In this document: piece by piece, positions 1 to 7,700 of the stretch
How positions within the stretch are numbered: position 1 is the stretch's first letter
Layout: each line of letters opens with the position of its first letter
Source: a virus
Lineage: Duplodnaviria; Caudoviricetes
IMG/VR virus record: IMGVR_UViG_3300022540_000126
Span: 1 to 30,474 of that record
DNA length: 30,474 nucleotides
Direction: 5' to 3' (one strand)
Notes under the pieces: generated by a model
Told to the model about the DNA's origin: nothing
The model's input: the letters and a program-made list of their open reading frames with translations, nothing else
The model's database searches: none
Made by a program: the position numbers and the translations under genes

Positions 1-7
1 TAAGGTA
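1..7. repeat. 7-bp terminal direct repeat TAAGGTA (copy at 30468-30474)
   Basis: The first 7 nt are identical to the last 7 nt, and gene orientation continues across the junction (30150-30470 + then 90-395 +). Confidence 0.6.
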
Positions 8-24
8 CTAAGACCTAAACAAAA

Positions 25-70
25 AGATAACCCCGTGAGTAGCCTTAAAATAGCTAACACGGGCTTATCT
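25..70 (+). other. Long imperfect RNA hairpin upstream of ORF 90
   Basis: AGATAA-C-CCCGTG pairs with CACGGG-C-TTATCT, with an inner TAGC/GCTA helix; GC-rich relative to the genome. Confidence 0.5.
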
Positions 71-89
71 CGTAATTATATATAATACT

Positions 90-395
90 ATGAAAGATAC
101 AATAACATTACACACCTTCGGAACATTTATGGAATATCACAATAACTTATTTGATGATTTTGTTGAGAAGAAAGATTATGAGAAATTAGCTGAGTATGTT
201 ATATTATGTGATATTATACCAATATTTAGAACACACCTAAAAAGTCCAAGATCACAAGACATCATAGAACAATATGTTTCAGAAATAAAAAGGTTTGCGG
301 AGAATTTATATGACTTGTCAGAAAAATATGGATATGATACAGTTTCAGAGTATTCTATAATTAATGATTATACTGATGTAATTTTCGCTCTGTAG
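90..395 (+). CDS. Hypothetical protein (101 aa)
   Basis: ORF track; ATG preceded by a TATATA element like other early genes; no recognisable motif. Confidence 0.7.
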   Translation: MKDTITLHTFGTFMEYHNNLFDDFVEKKDYEKLAEYVILCDIIPIFRTHLKSPRSQDIIEQYVSEIKRFAENLYDLSEKYGYDTVSEYSIINDYTDVIFAL

Positions 396-455
396 CTATT
401 TTAAGATACCACCAGAGAATTATCTTTTTTAAAACAATAAAACTACTTATAATCA

Positions 456-489
456 GGAAGACCTCCTGAAATTAATCAAGAGGTCTCCC
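456..489. terminator. Stem-loop between convergent ORFs 90-395 and 566-859
   Basis: AGACCTC...GAGGTCT stem with inner TGA/TCA pairs; lies between convergent genes. Confidence 0.5.
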
Positions 490-565
490 CATTAAAAAAA
501 AATATATATGATGAAAATTTTAAAAACTTTCAAGATTATATATCAATTATACCAAGCTCCCAAAT

Positions 566-859
566 TTATACTATTGATGATACATCAGCTATTATTCGTT
601 GTTCGTTTTTATTGATGACATATTTCATTCTACATTGTTCAAATATTAATTCATATTCTGTTAATTGATCTATATTAAGATATACAATTTCTGGGTGCTC
701 AACAATTCTTTTACAAAATCTATAAACTTTAATATCAATATGATATAATTCTAAATTATTTTTAAATGCTAATTGATCAAATATATTTTTAGAATTTCTT
801 AATTTAGATGTTCTAATTTTACATTGTATTTTTTCATATTCTGTGTATTTTCTCTTCAT
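566..859 (-). CDS. Hypothetical protein (97 aa)
   Basis: ORF track; preceded by the conserved 31-bp promoter-like motif at 888-918. Confidence 0.7.
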   Translation of the reverse strand: MKRKYTEYEKIQCKIRTSKLRNSKNIFDQLAFKNNLELYHIDIKVYRFCKRIVEHPEIVYLNIDQLTEYELIFEQCRMKYVINKNEQRIIADVSSIV

Positions 860-887
860 AATGTGCTATTGTTTAATTAATATATAC

Positions 888-918
888 TATATATACTACA
901 AAAATAGTGGAAAGTTTC
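888..918 (-). promoter_or_regulatory. Early promoter-like motif GAAACTTTCCACTATTTTTGTAGTATATATA
   Basis: 27/31 identical to 25112-25142 (-); contains TAnnTTTG (Bacteroidota -7 element). Confidence 0.55.
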
Positions 919-969
919 CATTTATCCTAATTATTATAAGGAAATCGTTCAAAATTACTATATAGGTTT

Positions 970-1617
970 ATGGGGACTATTGATGATATTATAGCTTGGT
1001 ATTATAAACAAGCCGATTTAGAAAAACTTATAAGGATAAACACAAGAGAAGATTTATTTTATGATGCTCAACAAGAAATAGCTTTAATTATATTAAATCA
1101 TGATAGAGTTAAAATAATTAAAATGTATGATAACAACGAACTAAAGTGGTTTTTAATTAAGATTATTAAAAACCAATTGGAATCTTCAACATCACCTTTC
1201 TATAAGAAATATATAAAATATAAGAAAACCTTCATAGAATTAGAAAACGAATTTCTAAACGAAAATATATCTAATAATTGGGAATATAAAAAATATATTA
1301 CCTTATATAACACAGAAATAGATGATATAAATACAGAAGAAAAAAAATTAGAAGAAATTCACTTCCAGAAAAACATGGACTTGTTAAGACGAATAAAAAA
1401 ATACTTAGACAATAAAGAACAATTAAGTACAAGAGACTTCCACGATACTAAATTATATAGATTATATAAGTTTGATAAGTTATCTTTTAGGAAGATTCAG
1501 AAAGTTACAGACGTACATTATGTCTCAGCATATTTAGCTGTTAAACGTGTACAATTAGAGATAGAGAGAGAATTCGGAGCAGAACAATTAAAAATAAAAA
1601 CAATAATTAATAAATGA
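970..1617 (+). CDS. Sigma-70/ECF-like transcription factor (putative late-gene sigma)
   Basis: N-terminal region-2-like segment (REDLFYDAQQEIALIIL...LKWFLIKIIKNQ) and C-terminal region-4-like HTH (LYKFDKLSFRKIQKVTDVHYVSAYLAVKRV); sits at the head of the packaging/structural block. Confidence 0.6.
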   Translation: MGTIDDIIAWYYKQADLEKLIRINTREDLFYDAQQEIALIILNHDRVKIIKMYDNNELKWFLIKIIKNQLESSTSPFYKKYIKYKKTFIELENEFLNENISNNWEYKKYITLYNTEIDDINTEEKKLEEIHFQKNMDLLRRIKKYLDNKEQLSTRDFHDTKLYRLYKFDKLSFRKIQKVTDVHYVSAYLAVKRVQLEIEREFGAEQLKIKTIINK

Positions 1618-1856
1618 TATTTATAAATATGATAACAATAAGTTTCTTTATAATGGGAACAAAAGATATAATAGGAAACTTTATAGCTTTGAAAAACAAA
1701 GGAGCTAAGATATATGATCCATTTCTAACAATGTTAGACTGTATAAAATGTGTGAGTTTTTGGTTAACGTTGATAATGACAGGCAGTTTTATCATTGCGT
1801 GTCAAGTTTCATTTGTTGCATATCTTTTAGATAAGTATATTTTATCGAAATATTAA
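1614..1856 (+). CDS. Small membrane protein with CxxC motif
   Basis: Hydrophobic segments flank LDCIKCVSFW; overlaps the stop of ORF 970. Confidence 0.65.
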   Translation: MIFINMITISFFIMGTKDIIGNFIALKNKGAKIYDPFLTMLDCIKCVSFWLTLIMTGSFIIACQVSFVAYLLDKYILSKY

Positions 1857-1862
1857 AATAGT

Positions 1863-2117
1863 ATGGTAGAATTAATAGAAGAAATAGAAAAATTATGTTC
1901 TCAAACATCGTTCAGAGGTAATGACATTGAGAGAATCAAAACATTGTATGGAAAATATATCAATAACAGAGATAGATTTTGTAGCCATTGTCCTGGTTCT
2001 GTTAATAAAATGATCAAAACATTTCAAGGACATAAAGATATTATGATTAGTAAAGTTATAATAGAATTTACACCACTAAAAAAAGAAGAAGATGATGAAG
2101 AAGAAACTAACAATTAA
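1863..2117 (+). CDS. Hypothetical protein with CxxC motif
   Basis: FCSHCPGSV motif and acidic tail; tightly packed in the operon. Confidence 0.7.
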   Translation: MVELIEEIEKLCSQTSFRGNDIERIKTLYGKYINNRDRFCSHCPGSVNKMIKTFQGHKDIMISKVIIEFTPLKKEEDDEEETNN

Positions 2118-2505
2118 AGAAGAGAAATTTTGTCAGCTTGTGGTAGAATATGGAGATCAAACAAAAGCATATAGAGAAGCATTTGATGTAAAAAAAGATG
2201 CCTTAGATAAAACTCACCACGAAGCAGCATCAAAATATGCTTCCAAGAATTCTACAAGGATAGAAGAAATCAAGCAGGAGCTTCGAGAAAAGAACATTAT
2301 GTCCAAAGAAGAAATCATGGAACATTTGAAGGATATATTAACTATGACTAAACATTCAGAAAAAGAAAAGGCTATTGCACTTAAAGCTATCGATCAATAT
2401 ACAAAAATGGTTGGTGGTTATGAACCTGTTAAAGTTGATATAAAACAAGAATGGGATATTTCTTTCGGAGGTGAAGAAGAAGACGATCAAGAAGATGAAG
2501 CTTAA
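2092..2505 (+). CDS. terS: Terminase small subunit
   Basis: LTIKEEKFCQLVV...DQTKAYREAF N-terminal HTH typical of TerS; directly upstream of TerL. Confidence 0.8.
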   Translation: MMKKKLTIKEEKFCQLVVEYGDQTKAYREAFDVKKDALDKTHHEAASKYASKNSTRIEEIKQELREKNIMSKEEIMEHLKDILTMTKHSEKEKAIALKAIDQYTKMVGGYEPVKVDIKQEWDISFGGEEEDDQEDEA

Positions 2506-3715
2506 ATTATATACACCATATGATAAACAATTACCAATACATAAAGCTTGTAATGATAAAGAGACATTTTTTATAACAGTTAATGCTGGAAGGCAGGTAG
2601 GAAAAACATTACTAACAGTTTATCAAGCTATTTATTGGGCGATGACAAACAAGAATATATTAGTGTATTGGGTATCACCATCTGCTCCACAATATTTAAA
2701 AGTATATAAACAAATGCTTAGTTATATTATTGATACACCTGTTATAAAATCATATAAAGGTAGTATGGGAGATTGTGAAATAATTTTTGATACAGGTAGT
2801 GTTGTCAAATTTAGAAGTGCTTTAAGTGGGGATCATTTAAAAGGTGAAACCGTTGAATATATTGTATTAGATGAATGCGCATCAATGAAACAATTAACAA
2901 TACAAGAAGTTTTAATCCCAATGTTATCCAGTAAAGGAAGAAAGATGATTGCTGTAGGAACACCAAAAGGTAAGAACTACTTCTATAATTTATATATGAA
3001 AGGTAATGGAGATAACCATTTATATAAATCTTTCAAATTTAAATCTTCTGATAATCCATTCAATAAACAATTTCTTATTGATGATGCTAAAAAGTCTTTT
3101 CCACCTGCTTTATTTGCCCAAGAATTTTTAGGAGAATTTATCGATGAAGCAGCAGTATTTCAAAATGTCAATGAATTAGCAACAATGAAACTAATTGATA
3201 AACCAAAACAAGGTGATTCTTATTTTGCTGGAATTGATATTGCCCTTAAAGATGATTACACAGTTATAACATTGATAAATCAAAAATTTGAAGTTGTTTA
3301 TTATGATAGATTTAATAACACAACAGCACCAATTTTAAAAGAAAGATTAATCAAAACTATTAATTTATTTAAACCAAAAAAAATAATGATAGAGTTGAAC
3401 AATCAAGGACTACCAATCTACGATGATTTGAAAGATATACATAAAGTAAAAAATCTTATTGGTTTTAACACGACAGCAACAAGTAAACCTGAAATTGTAA
3501 ATAATCTTATAAATGCTTTTTCTAATTCTAAATTGAAAATCCCAAATGTTGAATTATATAAAGATGAACTTAAAATGTTCACTATGGAAATGAAAAACGG
3601 TAAAGCTAAATTTGCAGCACCGCTTGGATTTAACGATGATATACCTATGTCATTAGCGATAACTTGGTACTGTGTTAACAAATACTTATATACAGGACAG
3701 ATAGCCTTCACATAA
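2495..3715 (+). CDS. terL: Terminase large subunit
   Basis: Walker A AGRQVGKT, Walker B YIVLDE, coupling motif GTPKG, RNase H-like GIDIA...DDYT...IELN...NDD. ATG 2495 preferred over GTG 2471. Confidence 0.95.
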   Translation: MKLKLYTPYDKQLPIHKACNDKETFFITVNAGRQVGKTLLTVYQAIYWAMTNKNILVYWVSPSAPQYLKVYKQMLSYIIDTPVIKSYKGSMGDCEIIFDTGSVVKFRSALSGDHLKGETVEYIVLDECASMKQLTIQEVLIPMLSSKGRKMIAVGTPKGKNYFYNLYMKGNGDNHLYKSFKFKSSDNPFNKQFLIDDAKKSFPPALFAQEFLGEFIDEAAVFQNVNELATMKLIDKPKQGDSYFAGIDIALKDDYTVITLINQKFEVVYYDRFNNTTAPILKERLIKTINLFKPKKIMIELNNQGLPIYDDLKDIHKVKNLIGFNTTATSKPEIVNNLINAFSNSKLKIPNVELYKDELKMFTMEMKNGKAKFAAPLGFNDDIPMSLAITWYCVNKYLYTGQIAFT

Positions 3716-3727
3716 TCTAATATATAA

Positions 3728-3752
3728 AAACAAATAAGAAATAAAATATTTA
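3728..3752 (+). promoter_or_regulatory. Late promoter motif AAAC-N14-ATATTTA (spacing variant)
   Basis: Matches the motif at 7652, 12217, 17762 and 20094, with spacing one nt shorter. Confidence 0.45.
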
Positions 3753-3757
3753 ATTAT

Positions 3758-4345
3758 ATGAGTAAGATTAAAATAAGTATCCCAGAAAGTTGGAAAGAAA
3801 TTAGTTTAGACACATATGTTGAGATTAGTAAGATTGTTGAGAAGGATGAAACTAAATATGTAATAGAATTACTATTAATATTATGTCCTGAATTATCAAG
3901 AGATATTATTAATTCTTTTGATAGTTCATATCTTGATACTATTACTTTAAATTTACAATGGATGATTAAACAACCAAGTGTTGATGATATTACTAAACAA
4001 TTTATGATCGGTAAAGATATTTACAAATACGAAAGAGAATTTGATAAGATGACATTCGGAGAGATGGTAAGTTATGAGACATTAGTAGAACAAGGAGATA
4101 TGAAACAATCAGATACTCTACCTTTAGTATTAGCAATAATATTGAGAAAGGTTGTTGATGGTGTAGAAGAAGATTTTAATTCTGATATTATAATGGAAAG
4201 AAAAGAATTATTTAGTAAAGAATTAAATATAGATGAAACAATGGGTCTCCTTTTTTTTTTCAGAAATGGAGGAAAACATTATATCACAATTTTAGCGGAC
4301 TATTTAAAACAACTGAGAGAATTGAAGAAGGAGATAATGGAGTAG
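3758..4345 (+). CDS. Probable tail assembly chaperone (lambda gpG-like), unshifted form
   Basis: 195-aa ORF with a T10 slippery tract (4251-4260) near its 3' end and an open -1 frame beyond it. Confidence 0.6.
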   Translation: MSKIKISIPESWKEISLDTYVEISKIVEKDETKYVIELLLILCPELSRDIINSFDSSYLDTITLNLQWMIKQPSVDDITKQFMIGKDIYKYEREFDKMTFGEMVSYETLVEQGDMKQSDTLPLVLAIILRKVVDGVEEDFNSDIIMERKELFSKELNIDETMGLLFFFRNGGKHYITILADYLKQLRELKKEIME

Positions 4346-4545
4346 AAGAGGAAGATTTAGATGGTTTCTCACCACGTTGGAAATGGTTTTCATTGTTAGA
4401 TAAATTAGCAATGGGTGACATAACCAAATACGAAGAAGTAACAGAATTGAATTTTTTATCATGTTTAAACAAATTGAGTTATGAGAAAGAAAGACAAGAC
4501 TATATAAACGAACTTGAAAAAAGAAGAAAAAATAATAATAACTAA
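4252..4545 (+). CDS. -1 frameshift extension (gpGT-like C-terminal part), missed by the ORF track
   Basis: The -1 frame reads FFFQKWRKTLYHNFSGLF...FSPRWKWFSLLDKLAMGDITKYEEVTELNFLSCLNKLSYEKERQDY...NNNN*. Its TAA (4543-4545) overlaps the next ATG (TAATG). Confidence 0.75.
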   Translation, partial: FFFQKWRKTLYHNFSGLFKTTERIEEGDNGVEEEDLDGFSPRWKWFSLLDKLAMGDITKYEEVTELNFLSCLNKLSYEKERQDYINELEKRRKNNNN

Positions 4546-5591
4546 TGTCAGATATTCAAACCTATAAGAATTTCGTAGATGTCTTTCAGGACATCTCGGA
4601 ACGCCACTATCAAATAAACACATTCAAAGTTGGAGATCAATGGGAACAAGATGCTGACACAGTGTTATATCCGCTTTTGAACATTAATCCAACAGCAGCA
4701 GATATGCTAAGATCGGAACAAGGTTCATATGCGACATTTGAAATTACATTTGATTGTACTGTAAGTGATTTGGTTTATAAAGGAGAAGAAAACGAAACTC
4801 ACGTCCTATCGGACAATCTTCAAATTCTTCAAGATATAATTACAGAATTCAATCAACATCCTTATTATACAGATAGTAGATTTGAATTAGCAGGTGATAT
4901 ATCATTCGAACCTTTCACAGAACAGAACGATGATGAAGTATCAGGATGGACTGCTGAATTAGTTTTAAGGACTCCGAACATCAGAAGTTTCTGTGGATTA
5001 CCAGTAGCAGAGATAACAGGACAATCATTCCCAAGACCTGATTCTACAACAACAATTATTAGTGTTCAATACGTTACAAACATATTAGGAGATAGTCCAA
5101 TTATAGTAACAGGTTCAGATAGTGGTCAAACACAAACAATTAGTTTAGACCCTTCTATACAATCAGATATAATTATAAACACAACAGCTATTACAAACAA
5201 TTCTACATCTATTATAAATTTAGATAATGACAAGTATGATAAGACAGGTGGATTGATAAGTGGTAATGTTAGCTTTGATAATGAAGGAAGTGTATTGACA
5301 GGAGGAGCAACATCAGGGTTCGATTTGGCAACTGGTAATGTGTTCATAAATACCCTTACGGGTGCAACTGAAATGGATTACACTAATGCCACTATTGGAA
5401 CTTATATCTTTGAATTCAATGGACAAACAACATCAAGTGTATTAACATTTGCTACAGGTAAATTCCAATCAGTAGATGGTACAACACCTATATTAACAGC
5501 AACAGCTGGAGCAGTAGATTCAATAAGTGGATATTATAATGGAACAACTATGATTCTATTCACAGCAAATAATATAATAGATTTAATATAA
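4545..5591 (+). CDS. Tail completion/terminator-like protein with C-terminal beta-rich extension
   Basis: The N-terminal ~150 aa (YPLLNINP...EPFTEQNDDEVSGW) resemble tail-terminator-type structural proteins. The T/S/G-rich C-terminal half includes the KYDKTGGLISGNV fibre-like motif. Confidence 0.5.
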   Translation: MSDIQTYKNFVDVFQDISERHYQINTFKVGDQWEQDADTVLYPLLNINPTAADMLRSEQGSYATFEITFDCTVSDLVYKGEENETHVLSDNLQILQDIITEFNQHPYYTDSRFELAGDISFEPFTEQNDDEVSGWTAELVLRTPNIRSFCGLPVAEITGQSFPRPDSTTTIISVQYVTNILGDSPIIVTGSDSGQTQTISLDPSIQSDIIINTTAITNNSTSIINLDNDKYDKTGGLISGNVSFDNEGSVLTGGATSGFDLATGNVFINTLTGATEMDYTNATIGTYIFEFNGQTTSSVLTFATGKFQSVDGTTPILTATAGAVDSISGYYNGTTMILFTANNIIDLI

Positions 5592-6967
5592 TGGTTTTAT
5601 TCTTAGTAGCAATATGGCAGAAGATAGTAACCACATTAACTTGTTGGTATAATTTCGATGGTCTTAATGAATATATTGATATTGGTAATAAAGCTAGTTT
5701 AAGTTTTGAAAGAACTGATAGTTTTAGTATTAGTACTTGGATTCTCCCAATAGCAACAACACAAGAAGTATTTTTATCTAAACGTGATAGTACTTCACCC
5801 TTTAGAGGGTTTGAACATCAAATAATCTTAGGTAAATTTAGATTCATCCTTGCCAATGCTTCACCATCTAATGATATATTAATTGAATTAGATCAAGTGT
5901 TAAGTACGGTTATTTTTAATAATATAACTATTACATACGATGGAAGTAGTACCGCTGCTGGTATAGAAATATATTTAGATGGTGTGAAAGGTACATATAA
6001 TATAATCAGAGATAATTTATCATCAACTATTTTAAACACATCACCCTTTTTAATTGGTAAACGTGTTGGTGTACAATATGAAGGGGCAATAGATGAAGTA
6101 TCAGTTTTCGATACAGTACTATCACAAACAGAAGTAACAGATATCTATAATTTAGGTAGAACTAATCCAGACCTCACAACAATAGATGCTTATAATACCA
6201 ATGGTATAAGTCATTGGAGAATGGGTGAGAATGATACGTTTGTTTCTCCTAATTGGACTATTGTTGATGAACTAAGAAGAGAGTGGACTGAATATGATGG
6301 GATTAATGAATATACAACAATGGGTGATGTTTTAGAATTTGATAGAACAGATAATTTTAGTTATTCGTTTTGGTTAAATTATGATACAAATAATTCTGCT
6401 GTAATTTCTAAATTAGATTCAAGCGCTCCAAATAGTGGTTATGAGATATCATTAACAAGTAGTGATGAAATATTATTTTCACTTATTAATAATGGTTCAA
6501 CCAATCGTTATAGAAAAAAAACGACCACTATGTTATCAAATGGTGTTTGGTATAATATAGTTTGTGTATGGGATGGCACAATGAAAATTTATATAGATGG
6601 TATATCTGATACTTTGGTGACAATTGCGACAAATTTATCATCATCAATATTAAATAATATACCATTAGAATTAGGTGCAAGGAACGGAACATTTTTATTA
6701 GATGGTAATTTAGATGATGTATCTGTTTATAACGTAGCTCTATCACAATTAGAAGTTACTGATATTTATAATAGGAGTAGAAATAGTCCAGACTATTCAA
6801 ACATCACAGGGATAGTTTCACATTGGAAGTTGGAAGTTTTAAATCCAACAGACCAAATAGGTGCAAACGATGGTACATCTGTTAATCAAACATCATCAAA
6901 TCTATTAAATGATATTAATGATGGAACATCTAATAATATGGATGTGAATAATAAAGTTTGTGAATAA
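5591..6967 (+). CDS. Virion protein with two LamG/concanavalin A-like lectin domains
   Basis: Two copies of (F/Y)DG.NEY...FSISTW/FSYSFW...IY.DG...G..D(E/D)VSV...LSQ.EVTDIYN. Confidence 0.85.
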   Translation: MVLFLVAIWQKIVTTLTCWYNFDGLNEYIDIGNKASLSFERTDSFSISTWILPIATTQEVFLSKRDSTSPFRGFEHQIILGKFRFILANASPSNDILIELDQVLSTVIFNNITITYDGSSTAAGIEIYLDGVKGTYNIIRDNLSSTILNTSPFLIGKRVGVQYEGAIDEVSVFDTVLSQTEVTDIYNLGRTNPDLTTIDAYNTNGISHWRMGENDTFVSPNWTIVDELRREWTEYDGINEYTTMGDVLEFDRTDNFSYSFWLNYDTNNSAVISKLDSSAPNSGYEISLTSSDEILFSLINNGSTNRYRKKTTTMLSNGVWYNIVCVWDGTMKIYIDGISDTLVTIATNLSSSILNNIPLELGARNGTFLLDGNLDDVSVYNVALSQLEVTDIYNRSRNSPDYSNITGIVSHWKLEVLNPTDQIGANDGTSVNQTSSNLLNDINDGTSNNMDVNNKVCE

Positions 6968-6984
6968 AAAATTAAAATAATAAA

Positions 6985-7281
6985 ATGAATTTAGAAAGAA
7001 GATATTTTATAATGGATAAATTACAAGCAGCAGAGGATGATGAAAAACAAGCATTACAAATGTGTATAGGAATGATGTATACACAGAGATATAGTTTGGA
7101 CGGTTCTAAATTATTAATAAAAACTACACAACACACAATTAATCAGATTTTATCTATCTATCCAGAATTTACTGAACAAGATATAATGGATAATACATTC
7201 AGTAAAGAATATACATTAGAACAAATCAAAGTAATTATGAATAGTTCAGAATGGACAGCCCCCTTCGATTTGGATATATAA
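6985..7281 (+). CDS. Small conserved-type phage protein following the LamG gene
   Basis: RYSLDGSKLLIK...YTLEQIKVIMNSSEWT pattern; in the operon. Confidence 0.7.
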   Translation: MNLERRYFIMDKLQAAEDDEKQALQMCIGMMYTQRYSLDGSKLLIKTTQHTINQILSIYPEFTEQDIMDNTFSKEYTLEQIKVIMNSSEWTAPFDLDI

Positions 7282-7300
7282 TTAAAAGAAAGAAAGAATT

Positions 7301-7651
7301 ATGGCAAGAATCAGTGCAAAGAATAAGAAGAAATTAAAAGTATTAAATAATAAATTAACTAAGTTATTAAGAAAGTATATAAAAGATAATCATTTTCAAA
7401 CTGGAAATATGATGCGAAATACTGCTACAAAAATGGAAGTTAAGAGAAATTACCAAGTAATTATATATCTTAGATCTACTACAGATTATTGGAAATATGT
7501 TGAAGGTGATTTTGATATTATAGACAAAGCATTCATAGGATCTAAATATAAAAAGATTATGAGTGATGTTGGTGATGTTATAGCAGATTGGATTGGTGAT
7601 GATATAGCAAATAGTGTTGATGTTGATATTGTAGATAAAACAACAGCATAA
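7301..7651 (+). CDS. Hypothetical basic structural protein (possible neck/tail completion)
   Basis: Contains HFQTGNMMRNT (compare the TGxL motif of HK97 gp10-like proteins); lies in the structural block. Confidence 0.5.
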   Translation: MARISAKNKKKLKVLNNKLTKLLRKYIKDNHFQTGNMMRNTATKMEVKRNYQVIIYLRSTTDYWKYVEGDFDIIDKAFIGSKYKKIMSDVGDVIADWIGDDIANSVDVDIVDKTTA

Positions 7652-7677
7652 AAACATATAACTTTCAAATATATTTA
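7652..7677 (+). promoter_or_regulatory. Late promoter motif AAAC-N15-ATATTTA
   Basis: AAAC 7652-7655 and ATATTTA 7671-7677, upstream of ORF 7701. Confidence 0.6.
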
Positions 7678-7700
7678 TTAATATAAAATAAATTTAACTT

